A DNA stretch of 64,000 nt from Candidatus Gottesmanbacteria bacterium (GCA_963790805.1 CAWBPL010000002.1:448696-512695), one strand, 5' to 3'; shown: positions 1 to 10,449, numbered from the stretch's first letter. A program made the numbers and translations. Notes: generated by a model from the sequence alone, not told the origin.

Positions 1-562
1 CTTGATAGACAATTGGCGTTGCGTAAAACCAAATCATCACCGCCGCCTGTGTGAGAAAATTTATATCCCGACTTTTTACGTCCAGCGCCGAAGTAATGAA
101 GGAAAGGCCTGCAGTAAATAAAAATAGCAGAATACTACCGACGCAAAGCGTCCACAGAGTTATATGAAACGATATGTGGGTTATGCTGACAAAACAGATA
201 AAGAGCACTAATGATGATACAAAATGGATTGCTTCACAACAAACGATTGATAATGGAATGACAACATATGGAAATTTTGCCTTTTTTATAATTGTTCTAC
301 TTCGAACTACCGACGAAGTTGCAAATTCGAGAGCACGGGAGAAAAAATTCCATATAAGTAAATTGAGAAAGAGTGAATATGTATAATTTACATCCGATTC
401 TTTATATAAATATCGAAAGATATACCCGATGATAGCTGCCTGAAGAATTGGGTAGAGAAAAGCCCACAGAAAGCCTAATGTGGTATTTTTATACCGCACT
501 TTCAACTCTTTTACAGTCATTTCCCACAGGAGGTCCATAAAATGTGTCATGGTATAATTCAT
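1..562 (-). CDS. ABC-2 type polysaccharide/teichoic-acid export permease (Wzm/TagG-like); C-terminus cut by window edge
   Basis: Not in the ORF track, probably because it runs off the edge. My manual minus-strand translation from the ATG at 562 is open to position 1: MNYTMTHFMDLLWEMTVKELKVRYKNTTLGFLWAFLYPILQAAIIGYIF... This is the typical ABC-2 permease N-terminal signature followed by hydrophobic helices. Confidence 0.7.
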   Translation of the reverse strand, partial: MNYTMTHFMDLLWEMTVKELKVRYKNTTLGFLWAFLYPILQAAIIGYIFRYLYKESDVNYTYSLFLNLLIWNFFSRALEFATSSVVRSRTIIKKAKFPYVVIPLSIVCCEAIHFVSSLVLFICFVSITHISFHITLWTLCVGSILLFLFTAGLSFITSALDVKSRDINFLTQAAVMIWFYATPIVYQ

Positions 563-644
563 GGGTGGTTTATTATACCGTATTATATAATGTATATGAA
601 TTTTGCGATTTGACGAGATAAAAACGGTAAAAATATCAGTTTTT

Positions 645-1625
645 ATGGAATATATTATTTTGGGAAAAACAAAATTGCGCGTTTCTCGGATTGGTTTTGG
701 CGGCTGGGGTATAGCTGGGGGCGCGCCGATTCATCCGTGGAAAGATATGTGGAAAGCCGACGATACGACTTCAAAACAGTCGTTACAATTGGCATATACG
801 GAAGGGATAAATTTTTTTGATACGGCATTAGTGTATATAGATGGTCATAGCGAACGGTTAATTGCACATACGTTAAAAGGGAAAAACATTATTATAGAAA
901 CAAAAGTTCCCCCGCTTGACGGTCATTGGCCGGCATTTAACAAGGACATACGTCAAGTTTTTCCAAAAAAGCACATTATCGACAAAGCGATGGAAAGTTA
1001 TGTAAATTTAGGGAGACGAACAATAGATATTCTCCTTCTGCATGGGTGGCTTGATGACTGGTATTATTCAGATGAATGGAGAGAAGCGTTTTCTGTTTTA
1101 AAAAAAGAGCGAATAGCCAGATATTTTGGCGTTTCAGTGAATGAACATAATCCCGCCTCTGCATTGTTGATTGCGGATTCAGGCGAAATCGACGTTCTTC
1201 AGGTGATTTACAATATTTTCGATCAATCGCCGTACGACGTTCTTTTTCCGATAGCACGAAAGAAGGGTGTCGGAATTATAGCCCGTGCGCCTCTCGATGA
1301 AGGGTCGTTAGCGGGCGCTTTTCATGCAAATACAGTATTTGATGATTGGCGGAAAGACTATTTTACAAAAGAGAGATTACCGCAGACCGTTGAGAGGGTA
1401 AACAAAATAAAAAAAGAAATGGAAAATAAACAAAGAACAATGACACAAATTGCTCTGAGATTTTGTTTAGAAAAAAACGGAGCAGATGTTGCTATTGTCG
1501 GGATGCGCAATCCTTTACATGTGAAACAGAATTGCCAGAGTGTCTTGGTGCATTTTACAAAAAAAGAATTGGATTTTTTAAAAAAACAGCGGTGGATACG
1601 AAATTTCTATCCCCCGATTTGGTAA
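645..1625 (+). CDS. aldo/keto reductase family oxidoreductase
   Basis: MEYIILGKTKLRVSRIGFGGWGIAG... and FDTALVYIDGHSERL match AKR N-terminal motifs. I chose the internal Met at 645 as the start of ORF 603-1625. Confidence 0.75.
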   Translation: MEYIILGKTKLRVSRIGFGGWGIAGGAPIHPWKDMWKADDTTSKQSLQLAYTEGINFFDTALVYIDGHSERLIAHTLKGKNIIIETKVPPLDGHWPAFNKDIRQVFPKKHIIDKAMESYVNLGRRTIDILLLHGWLDDWYYSDEWREAFSVLKKERIARYFGVSVNEHNPASALLIADSGEIDVLQVIYNIFDQSPYDVLFPIARKKGVGIIARAPLDEGSLAGAFHANTVFDDWRKDYFTKERLPQTVERVNKIKKEMENKQRTMTQIALRFCLEKNGADVAIVGMRNPLHVKQNCQSVLVHFTKKELDFLKKQRWIRNFYPPIW

Positions 1626-1634
1626 CTCGCTATT

Positions 1635-2981
1635 TTAGCGGTTGTTTGTTTTCTGAACCGATTGTTTGATAGAGAAAACAATATCATCAACCGCCTTTTT
1701 TGTAATATGCGGGAGAAAGAAAAACTTATATATTCTCATATTGCGTGTTTTACCGTTACTGAATACAACCGGTTTTTTCTTCGCATAAATCCAGTAGCGC
1801 TCCTCTATCTGTTTTGGTAATGCCTGATCATATTTTTTATTGAGAAGAATTCCGCATGTAAGACTGTACGGACCACTCATTATTTCTGCATTCGGAAATA
1901 TACCCAACATTGTCTGAATGAAATGATTTTTTATTTTTAATTGATTCTCAATAATTTTTTTATAGCCGGCAATACCGTTTTGATGTAGTGTCGCCCAAAT
2001 TGCAGCGACAGATGCGCCAGGACGGGAGCCCAGTAATGTATTGTCAGGCATAGAAAAGACCGGAACGGACCGTTCGATGCTTCGGCGTAATTGCGTTCTG
2101 TATATCACAGCACCGGCAGGATACGGCACTGCAGTAAATTTGGAAAAATCAACTGATACTGCATGTACATCTTTACTTATAAATGGTTGAAAATTGTTGT
2201 TAATAAAAGGTTCAATAAGGCCATCACATGCGGCATCGATGATAATTGAAACTGTCATTTTCTTATATTGTTTTTTCAGTTTTTGAATAACTGCACTAAT
2301 TGATTGAACATTGTCACTCGAACCTGTTTCCGTATATCCAAACGTGAGAGAAATGATAAATCCATAAACTCCCCGTCGTATTTGTTTCTCCATTTCAGTT
2401 TCAAGCGCGAGAGGATCCATGGTCCATGTTGTTGGATTTAACGGTATCGTTATTTCTTTTACGGAACACAGGGAACACGCCTTATCAATCGAATAGTGCG
2501 TAAGGTTTGTTTTACATAAACATATCTCATGAAGACTGTTGTGTTTCGTGACGAAGGATTTTCCAACCCAGACGCTATAGAGATTCCCCTCTGTTCCTCC
2601 TGAGGTGACATATCCTTCAAGATTTTGATCTTCTCCATGATATAAATTAATGAGCTTGTGAATAACTTCGTTTTCTAATTGTCGTGTGCCGTATTCTACG
2701 GGAGTCGTTGACCAGTTTCCGATATTATTTGGATTGGCTGAAATAAATTTTTGATACACGCGTACGGCATACCGGTTTGCTTTGGGACTTAACGAACCGA
2801 TGTTGTGTTTAAAATCACTCGTTACAATATCTGTATACGCCGCGAATAACCGTGAATTAATTTGAAATTTTGAATATCCCCGTTTCGGGAAAGACGACCG
2901 TGTTAATTCACGGTAGAAGATGGATGGATGTTTTATTTTATAGAGCGTCCCTGCAGCGATTTTTTTGATATGCAATTTCAT
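1635..2981 (-). CDS. PLP-dependent (fold type I, group II decarboxylase-like) enzyme
   Basis: SGGTEGNLYSVWVGK resembles the (S/T)GGTE(S/A)N motif. IIIDAACDGL and SVDFSKF are a candidate PLP-lysine region. The start is moved to MKLHIKK at 2981, so the gene abuts the upstream stop at 2983. Confidence 0.55.
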   Translation of the reverse strand: MKLHIKKIAAGTLYKIKHPSIFYRELTRSSFPKRGYSKFQINSRLFAAYTDIVTSDFKHNIGSLSPKANRYAVRVYQKFISANPNNIGNWSTTPVEYGTRQLENEVIHKLINLYHGEDQNLEGYVTSGGTEGNLYSVWVGKSFVTKHNSLHEICLCKTNLTHYSIDKACSLCSVKEITIPLNPTTWTMDPLALETEMEKQIRRGVYGFIISLTFGYTETGSSDNVQSISAVIQKLKKQYKKMTVSIIIDAACDGLIEPFINNNFQPFISKDVHAVSVDFSKFTAVPYPAGAVIYRTQLRRSIERSVPVFSMPDNTLLGSRPGASVAAIWATLHQNGIAGYKKIIENQLKIKNHFIQTMLGIFPNAEIMSGPYSLTCGILLNKKYDQALPKQIEERYWIYAKKKPVVFSNGKTRNMRIYKFFFLPHITKKAVDDIVFSIKQSVQKTNNR

Positions 2982-2982
2982 A

Positions 2983-3666
2983 TTATATTTTTTGGATAAT
3001 ACCCAACCCTGATTCTTTTGGGTAGGGAAATAGTATTTTCTGTTTTGTTTTGAGTTCATTCCAGAATTTCCAAACCCCGAACGACCCGAGATCCTTGGTA
3101 TATTTTACTGCAACGTCATGCCATACCATAAATCCATATTTGGTTAATTTTGGCCAGAAGAGCGTGTAGTCGAGTTTTATGCCTTCATAGGAGTGATCGC
3201 CGTCAATATAAATATACTGGTATTTTTTTTTGGGATGCAATTTTTCATAGTCGAGTGTTGTCGTAATGTATGATGTGAGCCATGTATTAACTCCTAAAAA
3301 TGAGTAATGTTCTTCCGGTTTAATTTTTTTCCACCACCCTATTCCCGACCAGTGATTTTTGTCGTCCTGATCATATCCGGCATCGACGAAATCGACATGG
3401 CCTTTCTTGTTATCTTTGCACGCCAGAGCGCATATGGCGGGAATATATCCTTTTCGAGACACGACGCAGAGAACGTGATCCGGTTTGCAATTTTTGATTA
3501 ACGCGTAATGTATATATCCAAACCCCAGATCGCCGCTTACGCGATTTGTTTGGTGTCCGCTGTCCCCGTTATAGTAGTCAATAATTTGTTTCGTTACGCC
3601 ATTGTTTACAATATTGGGATTAAACTTTGCATATACATGAGACAGTCGTTTTTTGAGATTCAACAT
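2983..3666 (-). CDS. class I SAM-dependent methyltransferase (CmcI / Methyltransf_24-like)
   Basis: YIYIDGDHSYEGIKLDYTLFWPKLTKYGFMVWHD is typical of the CmcI/cephalosporin-hydroxylase-like methyltransferase family. Confidence 0.55.
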   Translation of the reverse strand: MLNLKKRLSHVYAKFNPNIVNNGVTKQIIDYYNGDSGHQTNRVSGDLGFGYIHYALIKNCKPDHVLCVVSRKGYIPAICALACKDNKKGHVDFVDAGYDQDDKNHWSGIGWWKKIKPEEHYSFLGVNTWLTSYITTTLDYEKLHPKKKYQYIYIDGDHSYEGIKLDYTLFWPKLTKYGFMVWHDVAVKYTKDLGSFGVWKFWNELKTKQKILFPYPKESGLGIIQKI

Positions 3667-3795
3667 AGGTATATAAAAATACTGTAATTCCCCTCGTGGC
3701 TTTTTCCCCAGCAGAGTATATCAAAATTTACATACAATGCGATAGAAAAACTTTTGTGAAGATGTATTCAGGTAATTATTTTGATATGTTCCCTT

Positions 3796-4638
3796 TTACT
3801 CTGCAAATATTCCCCTGCTTTCCGTTAAAAATTTGTCATACTGTCGCATCAGTTCTTTTACTGTTGACGGAATTTCAGGAAACTTGAGGGAATCAATTTG
3901 GACTAACGGTATGATGTTTGCGCTTGTACACGTTAAAAAAGCACAGTCAAAATTTCCTAACGTTTTAACGGGAATGGGTTCTTCCTTTACACGATATCCG
4001 CTTTTTTTGGCGACTGCAATGACGGTTTGCCGCGTGACGCCCTCTAACACCTGCTCTTTTGGCGGCGTGACGAGGGTTGTTCCTTTTATGACAAAAAAGT
4101 TTGTTCTGGAACCCTCTAACACATTGTTTTGTTTATCGAGAAAGAGCGCATCGTAATGTCCGTGTTTGCTGGCTTTTGTGTAATATATATAACTTCTGAG
4201 CATATTGAGCGTTTTGGCGTTTGGTAAAAAACGCTCATAGCAAACTGTTTCTGCCGTTATCCCTCTCGTATACAATTTTTTATCCGGATAAAGAGGATTG
4301 AGAGGGAGAATATAAAGAAAAGCATCTTTGGCCTCTTTTCCGCCAATTAAGAGTATTTTCAAATTGCAGTTTTCAACACCATTTTTTTGAATGGCCTCTT
4401 GAAGAGAGAGGTTGATTGTTTGCGGTGTCCATGTGTGTTGAAGGCCAATAATCGTTGCCGATTGGAGCAATCGCTTGGTGTGTTGTTGTGTAAAATAGAC
4501 GATCCCCTTTCGGAGTTTGAGGGTTTCATATACTCCGAAACCATACTGATATGCAATATTTTCCAAAGGAATAGTTGCATGAGAGAAAGGCAAGAGTGTT
4601 CCGTTTTTCGAAAAGTATTGAATAGTCATATGGTTCAT
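3796..4638 (-). CDS. class IV PLP aminotransferase (branched-chain / D-amino-acid aminotransferase family)
   Basis: N-terminus ...ATIPLENIAYQYGFGVYETLKLRKGIVYFTQQHTKRLLQSA and EGSRTNFFVIKG are family hallmarks. Confidence 0.75.
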   Translation of the reverse strand: MNHMTIQYFSKNGTLLPFSHATIPLENIAYQYGFGVYETLKLRKGIVYFTQQHTKRLLQSATIIGLQHTWTPQTINLSLQEAIQKNGVENCNLKILLIGGKEAKDAFLYILPLNPLYPDKKLYTRGITAETVCYERFLPNAKTLNMLRSYIYYTKASKHGHYDALFLDKQNNVLEGSRTNFFVIKGTTLVTPPKEQVLEGVTRQTVIAVAKKSGYRVKEEPIPVKTLGNFDCAFLTCTSANIIPLVQIDSLKFPEIPSTVKELMRQYDKFLTESRGIFAE

Positions 4639-4779
4639 CGGTAAGTCAGAGTGATGGACATCGTTTACTATGGGAAGTATTATACCATTTGATTATCATG
4701 GGATGCCGGACAATTTTCCTTCCCACGTTCTCCTTCTAGGTTTTTTGAATATGTAGATATAAAATAGGGTACATATTTT

Positions 4780-5376
4780 ATGAAACGGGTATTCTATAGT
4801 TTTGGAATACTTATTGTATTTCTTATTTTTCTTCCCATAATGGCGATTATTGCGCTTTGTGTGGTTGTTGACAGCGGCTTACCCATTCTTTTTCGTCAAC
4901 AGCGCATAGGAAAAAGCAGCAAACCGTTTCGTCTGTATAAGTTTCGCACTATGCAAAACGGAGCCGAGCGAAAACAATCAGCCCTACGGCATCTCAACGA
5001 AGCAGACGGCCCTGCGTTTAAAATTTACAACGATCCCAGATATACAAAAGCGGGTAAATTCCTTGCACATACGGGTTTAGACGAGCTCCCGCAGTTATGG
5101 AACGTTATTCGCGGCGATATGGCGCTTATCGGTCCCAGACCGTTGCCGGTTTTCGAAGCGGCAAAACTCAAGACGTGGCAACAGAAACGTCTTATGCTGA
5201 AGCCCGGCATCATCTCACCGTGGATTCTTGAGGGGTATCATACACAGACATTTACCGCGTGGATGAAAAGCGATATCGCCTATGCCAAAAAGAAAAACTT
5301 TTTGTATGATTTTGCACTGACGGGAAGGTCAGTGGTGTTTCTTTTCCGGCTTTTTGTAAAAGAACTTGCCCGTTGA
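4780..5376 (+). CDS. undecaprenyl-phosphate sugar phosphotransferase (bacterial sugar transferase, WbaP/PglC-like)
   Basis: N-terminal TM helix; LPILFRQQRIGKSSKPFRLYKFRTM and DELPQLWNVIRGDMALIGPRP are conserved motifs. Confidence 0.85.
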   Translation: MKRVFYSFGILIVFLIFLPIMAIIALCVVVDSGLPILFRQQRIGKSSKPFRLYKFRTMQNGAERKQSALRHLNEADGPAFKIYNDPRYTKAGKFLAHTGLDELPQLWNVIRGDMALIGPRPLPVFEAAKLKTWQQKRLMLKPGIISPWILEGYHTQTFTAWMKSDIAYAKKKNFLYDFALTGRSVVFLFRLFVKELAR

Positions 5377-5569
5377 CGAGCAGGGTTGACAAATTAGAGT
5401 GTATGGTATCATACTGAAGGTATAATGGTTGAAGTAGTTTTTTGGGATAGAATATTTATATATAAAAAATGGGTAAATGGATTGTTATATGGCTCCAAAT
5501 AGGAGCCTTTTTTATAGCTGCGCTAAAGAGCTTGACAGAGGTGTTATAGAATGATACTATAGGTTAGTT

Positions 5570-8134
5570 ATGGATGCGATAGAAAACACGGCATCGCTTA
5601 ACAACGAACAAGCACATGCCGCGGGTTACCAAGAGGAATATTTAACAGTCGCTACTCAGGATTTGCTTCCCTCGGTATCGCTCACGCTAAATGACATATT
5701 TTCCGATACGCCCTCAGCGGAAGCTCATGATATCCGTCAATCGATTACGCACATTGTTGGCGCTGAACTTCTCGGACAGGCCGTGTGGGGTACAAAAGAT
5801 TCCGAAGAATTGAAGGATCTTCTTCGAACGCGCGGTATCAATGTAGACGAGATTGATGAGCACGCAACGGCGGCTGTCGAACAGATGCTTGGCATTGATC
5901 GCTTGGGTGGTGCGGTTGAGAGGCTTCTTCAAAACAACAAAGATCCGCTTGAGGTTCAAGGCAGAGTAAGCGAAGGCGTACATAACGCTCTTTTTGCACT
6001 GGTGACAGACAATTTCGCGGCAAATTTCTACTCCGCCGCTGCGGATAGTCACTATGATGTCCTTCGCGATATTATTTCGGATGTTCGTCAAAACAAATTA
6101 AATATGCAGGATGCGATGATAGAGGCCGGTCAGGTTATTGAGGGCCTCCTGTTTACATCGGGCAAAGAAGCGCATGCAATCTCTGATGCTGTGGATAGTG
6201 CGCCGTCAGCGGTTGCCCTGCGGGACAATTTTCAATTGCTAAATGGACATCTACGTACAAATTCGATGCAATTTCGGGAATTTATCGGCGGCGCAACGAT
6301 AAAATGGGGTGCAGCAGAACTTCTAGCTCAAAAATATAAAACCGTCGTCGATGGCAAGGAAACAACTGTTCGATCGCTCGCTGATACTATTATCGGGACA
6401 ATCGACAGTTCGCTTTCCGCTGAAGAGCGCGGTGAATGGCAAAGTTTTTCAACAGAAAATAAAATAAAAGCTGCACTCCTTGTCACATATAACAAGGCTT
6501 CAATGGCCCAAAAATTGCGCATGGTAGTCGAAGATCCCGCGGTTTTGCATGTATTTAAAGCACTTCCGGACACTCTTCGGGGTGAGTTAAAGTCATGGGA
6601 GATCGTCGGAGCGGCTGTTCAAGCGATGAATAAAGCCGCTGATACATATGCGCTTCAAATGACTGGTGCGAGCGGATTAGTTGATAAAGGTGTAAAAATG
6701 TTCCAAAAAGCCCGAAGCGACGTACACCATTATTATACGGTTCCCGGTGACGAGAATCAGCCAAACGGCCCAGACAGAAAGCCGAACTGGAAACGGATAG
6801 CAATTACTGTAGGAGGTGTTACTGTTCTTTTTACAATAGCCGGAGTTCTCCTTGCCGCCTGCGGTACGAGCCCCAGTCAGCAAAAAGATAAGACGCCGGT
6901 ACCCGGAGCGGGGAATGTGAACTTGGTTACCGCGCTTCAGCCGTCCTTAGTCAGTGAGCTTTCCACTATGCATGTCGCTATCGGCAGCGGATGTACGATT
7001 CCGCAGGCTATGTACAACACGATGCTTACCTCGGGTTTATCTACTGCGATGCATAGTCAACTAACCATGCTTGAGTCTGCCGTCCAGTTACAGCAATTTA
7101 ACCAGTACAATCTTTCAAGTGACGCAACGGTTGTGTGTGTTGTTGATACGACGCAAAACAAATCGGCAATCTACGTAGAATCCGGTGGCACAATTCTCAT
7201 GCCTACAGCGGCAGGGCCTACGCCCGCCGCCCTTGAGAACGGATTTCCGATTCCCAAGGCAGAAATACAACCAACACCCACCTCAGCGCCAACCCTAGAG
7301 CCAACGCCGACTGTTGATCCCCGCCTTGGGCCGCCGCCGACGGTAGATGCAGGGTATACATTGGGTCAAAATCCGGTACGTTTGATGTATACGGAAACAA
7401 ACAAAAGTAACGATACTAAATACTGGTCGCCGGAATTGCATCAGTGGACGGACTTGCATGGCAGTTTTAATTTAATTGATAAAAATATAACATTCGAACA
7501 AATAGCCCATTCCACAGTCCCGTTTACTTTATTTGTGGATCCTGGTTTAAATTGGAGTCAAAACGTGACTCAGCGTGATGAATCTGCCTTTTTTTCAAGT
7601 CACCCAAATACAAAATTATTATCACTATCTGAACAAGTATTAATTCAATTAGCAAATCGTTCGGGTAAGGATACAAATGCGATGCTCTATCAGGATTGGA
7701 TTAGCTTTGCGTCCGATGTGTCCAGCGGAAGGGTAACTATCCCGTTTACGGTGGGGGGCGTTCAATACAATTGGAATCCAGCAGACGGCGCTGATGAGTA
7801 TTTGGTAAAGAGCGGTACGCTTGCGAAAATGGAAGGTGTGACTATCTATAATACCAACGGGACTATCTGGACCGTTTTTGAAAAGAATAAAACGCTCAAA
7901 TATATTGTTGAGGTGTCGGATTTAAGTAAGGTTGGTATAAATGATTTAGTCAATGATTTATTTGCTCCCATGTTTGAAGTAACTCTACATGGAGATAAGG
8001 GTGGAGTGATGCCAGATAAAATATCCAGTTTCTATAATGGTCAGTATAATGCCGGTAATCTGTGTGGATTTGCAGCTCCGGGAGAAGAAGACGGAATGCC
8101 AGAATCCGGTTTTGTTCAAGTAGTAAATAAGTAA
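5570..8134 (+). CDS. large hypothetical membrane-spanning protein (N-terminal ~400 aa cytoplasmic, one TM, Pro/Thr linker, C-terminal external domain)
   Basis: 854-aa ORF with a central hydrophobic segment IAITVGGVTVLFTIAGVLLAACGTS, then PTPTSAPTLEPTPTVDPRLGPPPTVD. I recognise no family. Confidence 0.5.
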   Translation: MDAIENTASLNNEQAHAAGYQEEYLTVATQDLLPSVSLTLNDIFSDTPSAEAHDIRQSITHIVGAELLGQAVWGTKDSEELKDLLRTRGINVDEIDEHATAAVEQMLGIDRLGGAVERLLQNNKDPLEVQGRVSEGVHNALFALVTDNFAANFYSAAADSHYDVLRDIISDVRQNKLNMQDAMIEAGQVIEGLLFTSGKEAHAISDAVDSAPSAVALRDNFQLLNGHLRTNSMQFREFIGGATIKWGAAELLAQKYKTVVDGKETTVRSLADTIIGTIDSSLSAEERGEWQSFSTENKIKAALLVTYNKASMAQKLRMVVEDPAVLHVFKALPDTLRGELKSWEIVGAAVQAMNKAADTYALQMTGASGLVDKGVKMFQKARSDVHHYYTVPGDENQPNGPDRKPNWKRIAITVGGVTVLFTIAGVLLAACGTSPSQQKDKTPVPGAGNVNLVTALQPSLVSELSTMHVAIGSGCTIPQAMYNTMLTSGLSTAMHSQLTMLESAVQLQQFNQYNLSSDATVVCVVDTTQNKSAIYVESGGTILMPTAAGPTPAALENGFPIPKAEIQPTPTSAPTLEPTPTVDPRLGPPPTVDAGYTLGQNPVRLMYTETNKSNDTKYWSPELHQWTDLHGSFNLIDKNITFEQIAHSTVPFTLFVDPGLNWSQNVTQRDESAFFSSHPNTKLLSLSEQVLIQLANRSGKDTNAMLYQDWISFASDVSSGRVTIPFTVGGVQYNWNPADGADEYLVKSGTLAKMEGVTIYNTNGTIWTVFEKNKTLKYIVEVSDLSKVGINDLVNDLFAPMFEVTLHGDKGGVMPDKISSFYNGQYNAGNLCGFAAPGEEDGMPESGFVQVVNK

Positions 8135-8214
8135 TTCAGCGATATTATTTTTACCTGTAATGCACGTTGATGCTGTCTTGTTTTTTCCTCTTATTTCCTC
8201 TACGCTGAAAATAT

Positions 8215-8883
8215 ATGCGGCAAACTCCGGCATGGGCAAAGGTACTCCTCATAGCGAGTCTTATTGTCGCGGTTTTGTTACCCCTTGCGATGAGTGCGCT
8301 TTCAAATCCCATGATTGCGACTTTTTTACCGCTCCCGAGCGGCTTGAAACCGGCGACAAAGATATCATCTCGTTATAGCGTCCAAAATGACCTGTCCGGA
8401 TATACGCTTACTTTAAGCGATACACAGTTTCTCGATTATCTTACCGCAAAGTATAAAATTTTTGGTCAGAAGGCGATCGCAGATCGACGCATATACAAAG
8501 GATTTAACGATATAAAACTCCGGTACACTGTCTCTAAAGTACAATTTGTTTTAACCGGCGATCTGGAAAACCCAATTTATGCTGTAATGGTGCCGAACGT
8601 AAAGCCTCTATCATTTCTCGCAAAGTCCGAATACGACGTAACAGGAGATACGCTCATCGTGCGGGTTTCCCTTAACATGGACAAGATTACCGGCGGCGTA
8701 CTGGTCCCCAAGTTTGCACTGGAAAATCAATTTTTGCAGATGGTTTCTTTTGCTCTTTATTATGCAGAGGGCAATTCATATTTAGATGTAAATGCGCAAA
8801 CAATGGGAAATATAACTATGGATATTCAGAGTTATTTATATAGCGGTATATTCCCATGGCCGTTTCGGATTGTAAAAAACTAG
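8215..8883 (+). CDS. hypothetical membrane-anchored/secreted protein
   Basis: 222-aa ORF with an N-terminal hydrophobic helix (KVLLIASLIVAVLLPLAMSAL). Only 4 nt separate it from the next gene. Confidence 0.45.
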   Translation: MRQTPAWAKVLLIASLIVAVLLPLAMSALSNPMIATFLPLPSGLKPATKISSRYSVQNDLSGYTLTLSDTQFLDYLTAKYKIFGQKAIADRRIYKGFNDIKLRYTVSKVQFVLTGDLENPIYAVMVPNVKPLSFLAKSEYDVTGDTLIVRVSLNMDKITGGVLVPKFALENQFLQMVSFALYYAEGNSYLDVNAQTMGNITMDIQSYLYSGIFPWPFRIVKN

Positions 8884-8886
8884 CGT

Positions 8887-10410
8887 ATGAAGAAAATAAT
8901 TATAATTTTAGGTATTATAGTGCAGCTTCTCTTTATGCGGCCGACAGTAGTATTTGGATGCGGGGCTGATGAGCAAAGTTGTACAACATATACCACAGTG
9001 TGTCACAGAGATTCGTATAACAATAATATTTGCGCAACACGAACTAATACAGGTGAATGTTGTCCGGTTTATATTTGGCCAGATGGTACACACAGTTGCT
9101 GCGATACTACGGTAAACGGGTCACAAGTTTGTCATACTGGCAATACGGGGTGTAGTGGCTCAAATGGAAATGGCAATAATAACCAAGGTAATACAGCGAC
9201 ATGCGGAGACGGAACGTGCAACGGCTCGGAAACCTGCGGTTCATGTCCACAGGACTGCGGTGCCTGTCCGGTGGGAAATGTACAGATACGGGCGATAGTT
9301 ATACCTTCGAGTATCTCGACGTGTTCGCAGGTTAACAGTGCAACGAACTATATTGCCGAATCCGTAGCACTATCGAGTAATCCTGCGGCACCACAAATGA
9401 CGCCTACTGACGGTACATATGCCACATGGACGGATGTTGAAGACGGTACGATTGATTATATTGACAACCCGCCCGCGGGAGACGTACTGAAACTTGCCTG
9501 TTACACAACCGACGGCGGGTTAACGTGGGGTACGGGTTACGAGGCGACATTGGGAGCAGGACAAACACTCACATGGAATTTAGGGTATACGGTCGGAGCT
9601 CCATGGATACAGACAGGCGGCGGCGGAGACGTCTACGGAGCAACGAACGTTCAATCTTATATACCCGCCGGTGCAGTACCGCGATATTTTGCGTTGGACG
9701 GCGCAGGTGGAACACCCGGTGTCGTTACGTACGGAGCGGGCTATGATTTCGATTCAACTCTTTTGGGCTTAGGGGAAGCATATGTTTCTTCTCAGGGGTG
9801 GCTCGTCAACGAAACCTATCCGGCGACGGATTATTATGCCGTAATGTATCACCGTTTCGGTTCGCCAGCTGACGCAGATGCGGACTATACGGGCGAGACG
9901 ACGCTCACAGCTATTCCGTCGCAGCCTCCGAAAAACGGAAATGCCTATTACGTGAGCGGGGACCTGACTATCGGTACCAACCCGTGGGTCGTAGGAAGCG
10001 GGCAAAGCATTGTTATTTTGGTGAGCGGGAATTTAACCATTAACGAGCCCATTAACATAACACCGGGCGGATTTATCGCATTTATCGTTAACGGCGATGT
10101 CACGGTCGATCCATCCGTCGGCGTCCCCTACTCTTCCAGTGCGCCGGTTGTTGAAGGGGTCTATATCACATCCCCGACCGGCACATTTCATACAGGACTC
10201 AGTAGCGGTGTCGGAGTTGAACGGTTTGTCGGGAAAGGCACATTCATCGCAGGCAATTTTTCGTTCGAGCGAAATTTGGAAAAAGCAAATAATGTAAATC
10301 ACAACGGAGATACCTCAGCAAACCTTTTTATCTATAATCCGCAGCTTCTTCTTACCATGCCCGATATGATGAAAGACATCCCCATTACATGGCAAGAAGT
10401 AGCGCCGTGA
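8887..10410 (+). CDS. secreted Cys-rich surface protein, probable beta-helix C-terminal region
   Basis: Signal-peptide-like N-terminus MKKIIIILGIIVQLLFMRPTVVFG. Cys-rich block including CGDGTCNGSETCGSCPQDCGACP. Repetitive G/N/T-rich C-terminus. Confidence 0.5.
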   Translation: MKKIIIILGIIVQLLFMRPTVVFGCGADEQSCTTYTTVCHRDSYNNNICATRTNTGECCPVYIWPDGTHSCCDTTVNGSQVCHTGNTGCSGSNGNGNNNQGNTATCGDGTCNGSETCGSCPQDCGACPVGNVQIRAIVIPSSISTCSQVNSATNYIAESVALSSNPAAPQMTPTDGTYATWTDVEDGTIDYIDNPPAGDVLKLACYTTDGGLTWGTGYEATLGAGQTLTWNLGYTVGAPWIQTGGGGDVYGATNVQSYIPAGAVPRYFALDGAGGTPGVVTYGAGYDFDSTLLGLGEAYVSSQGWLVNETYPATDYYAVMYHRFGSPADADADYTGETTLTAIPSQPPKNGNAYYVSGDLTIGTNPWVVGSGQSIVILVSGNLTINEPINITPGGFIAFIVNGDVTVDPSVGVPYSSSAPVVEGVYITSPTGTFHTGLSSGVGVERFVGKGTFIAGNFSFERNLEKANNVNHNGDTSANLFIYNPQLLLTMPDMMKDIPITWQEVAP

Positions 10411-10449
10411 CGCGCGAAATACGGTATTAGGGGTTTCGTATTAGGCAGT

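Noticed and set aside
174-386. 70-aa + strand ORF at the window start
   Set aside because: It overlaps the uninterrupted minus-strand ABC-2 permease reading frame (1-562), which has a clear family signature.
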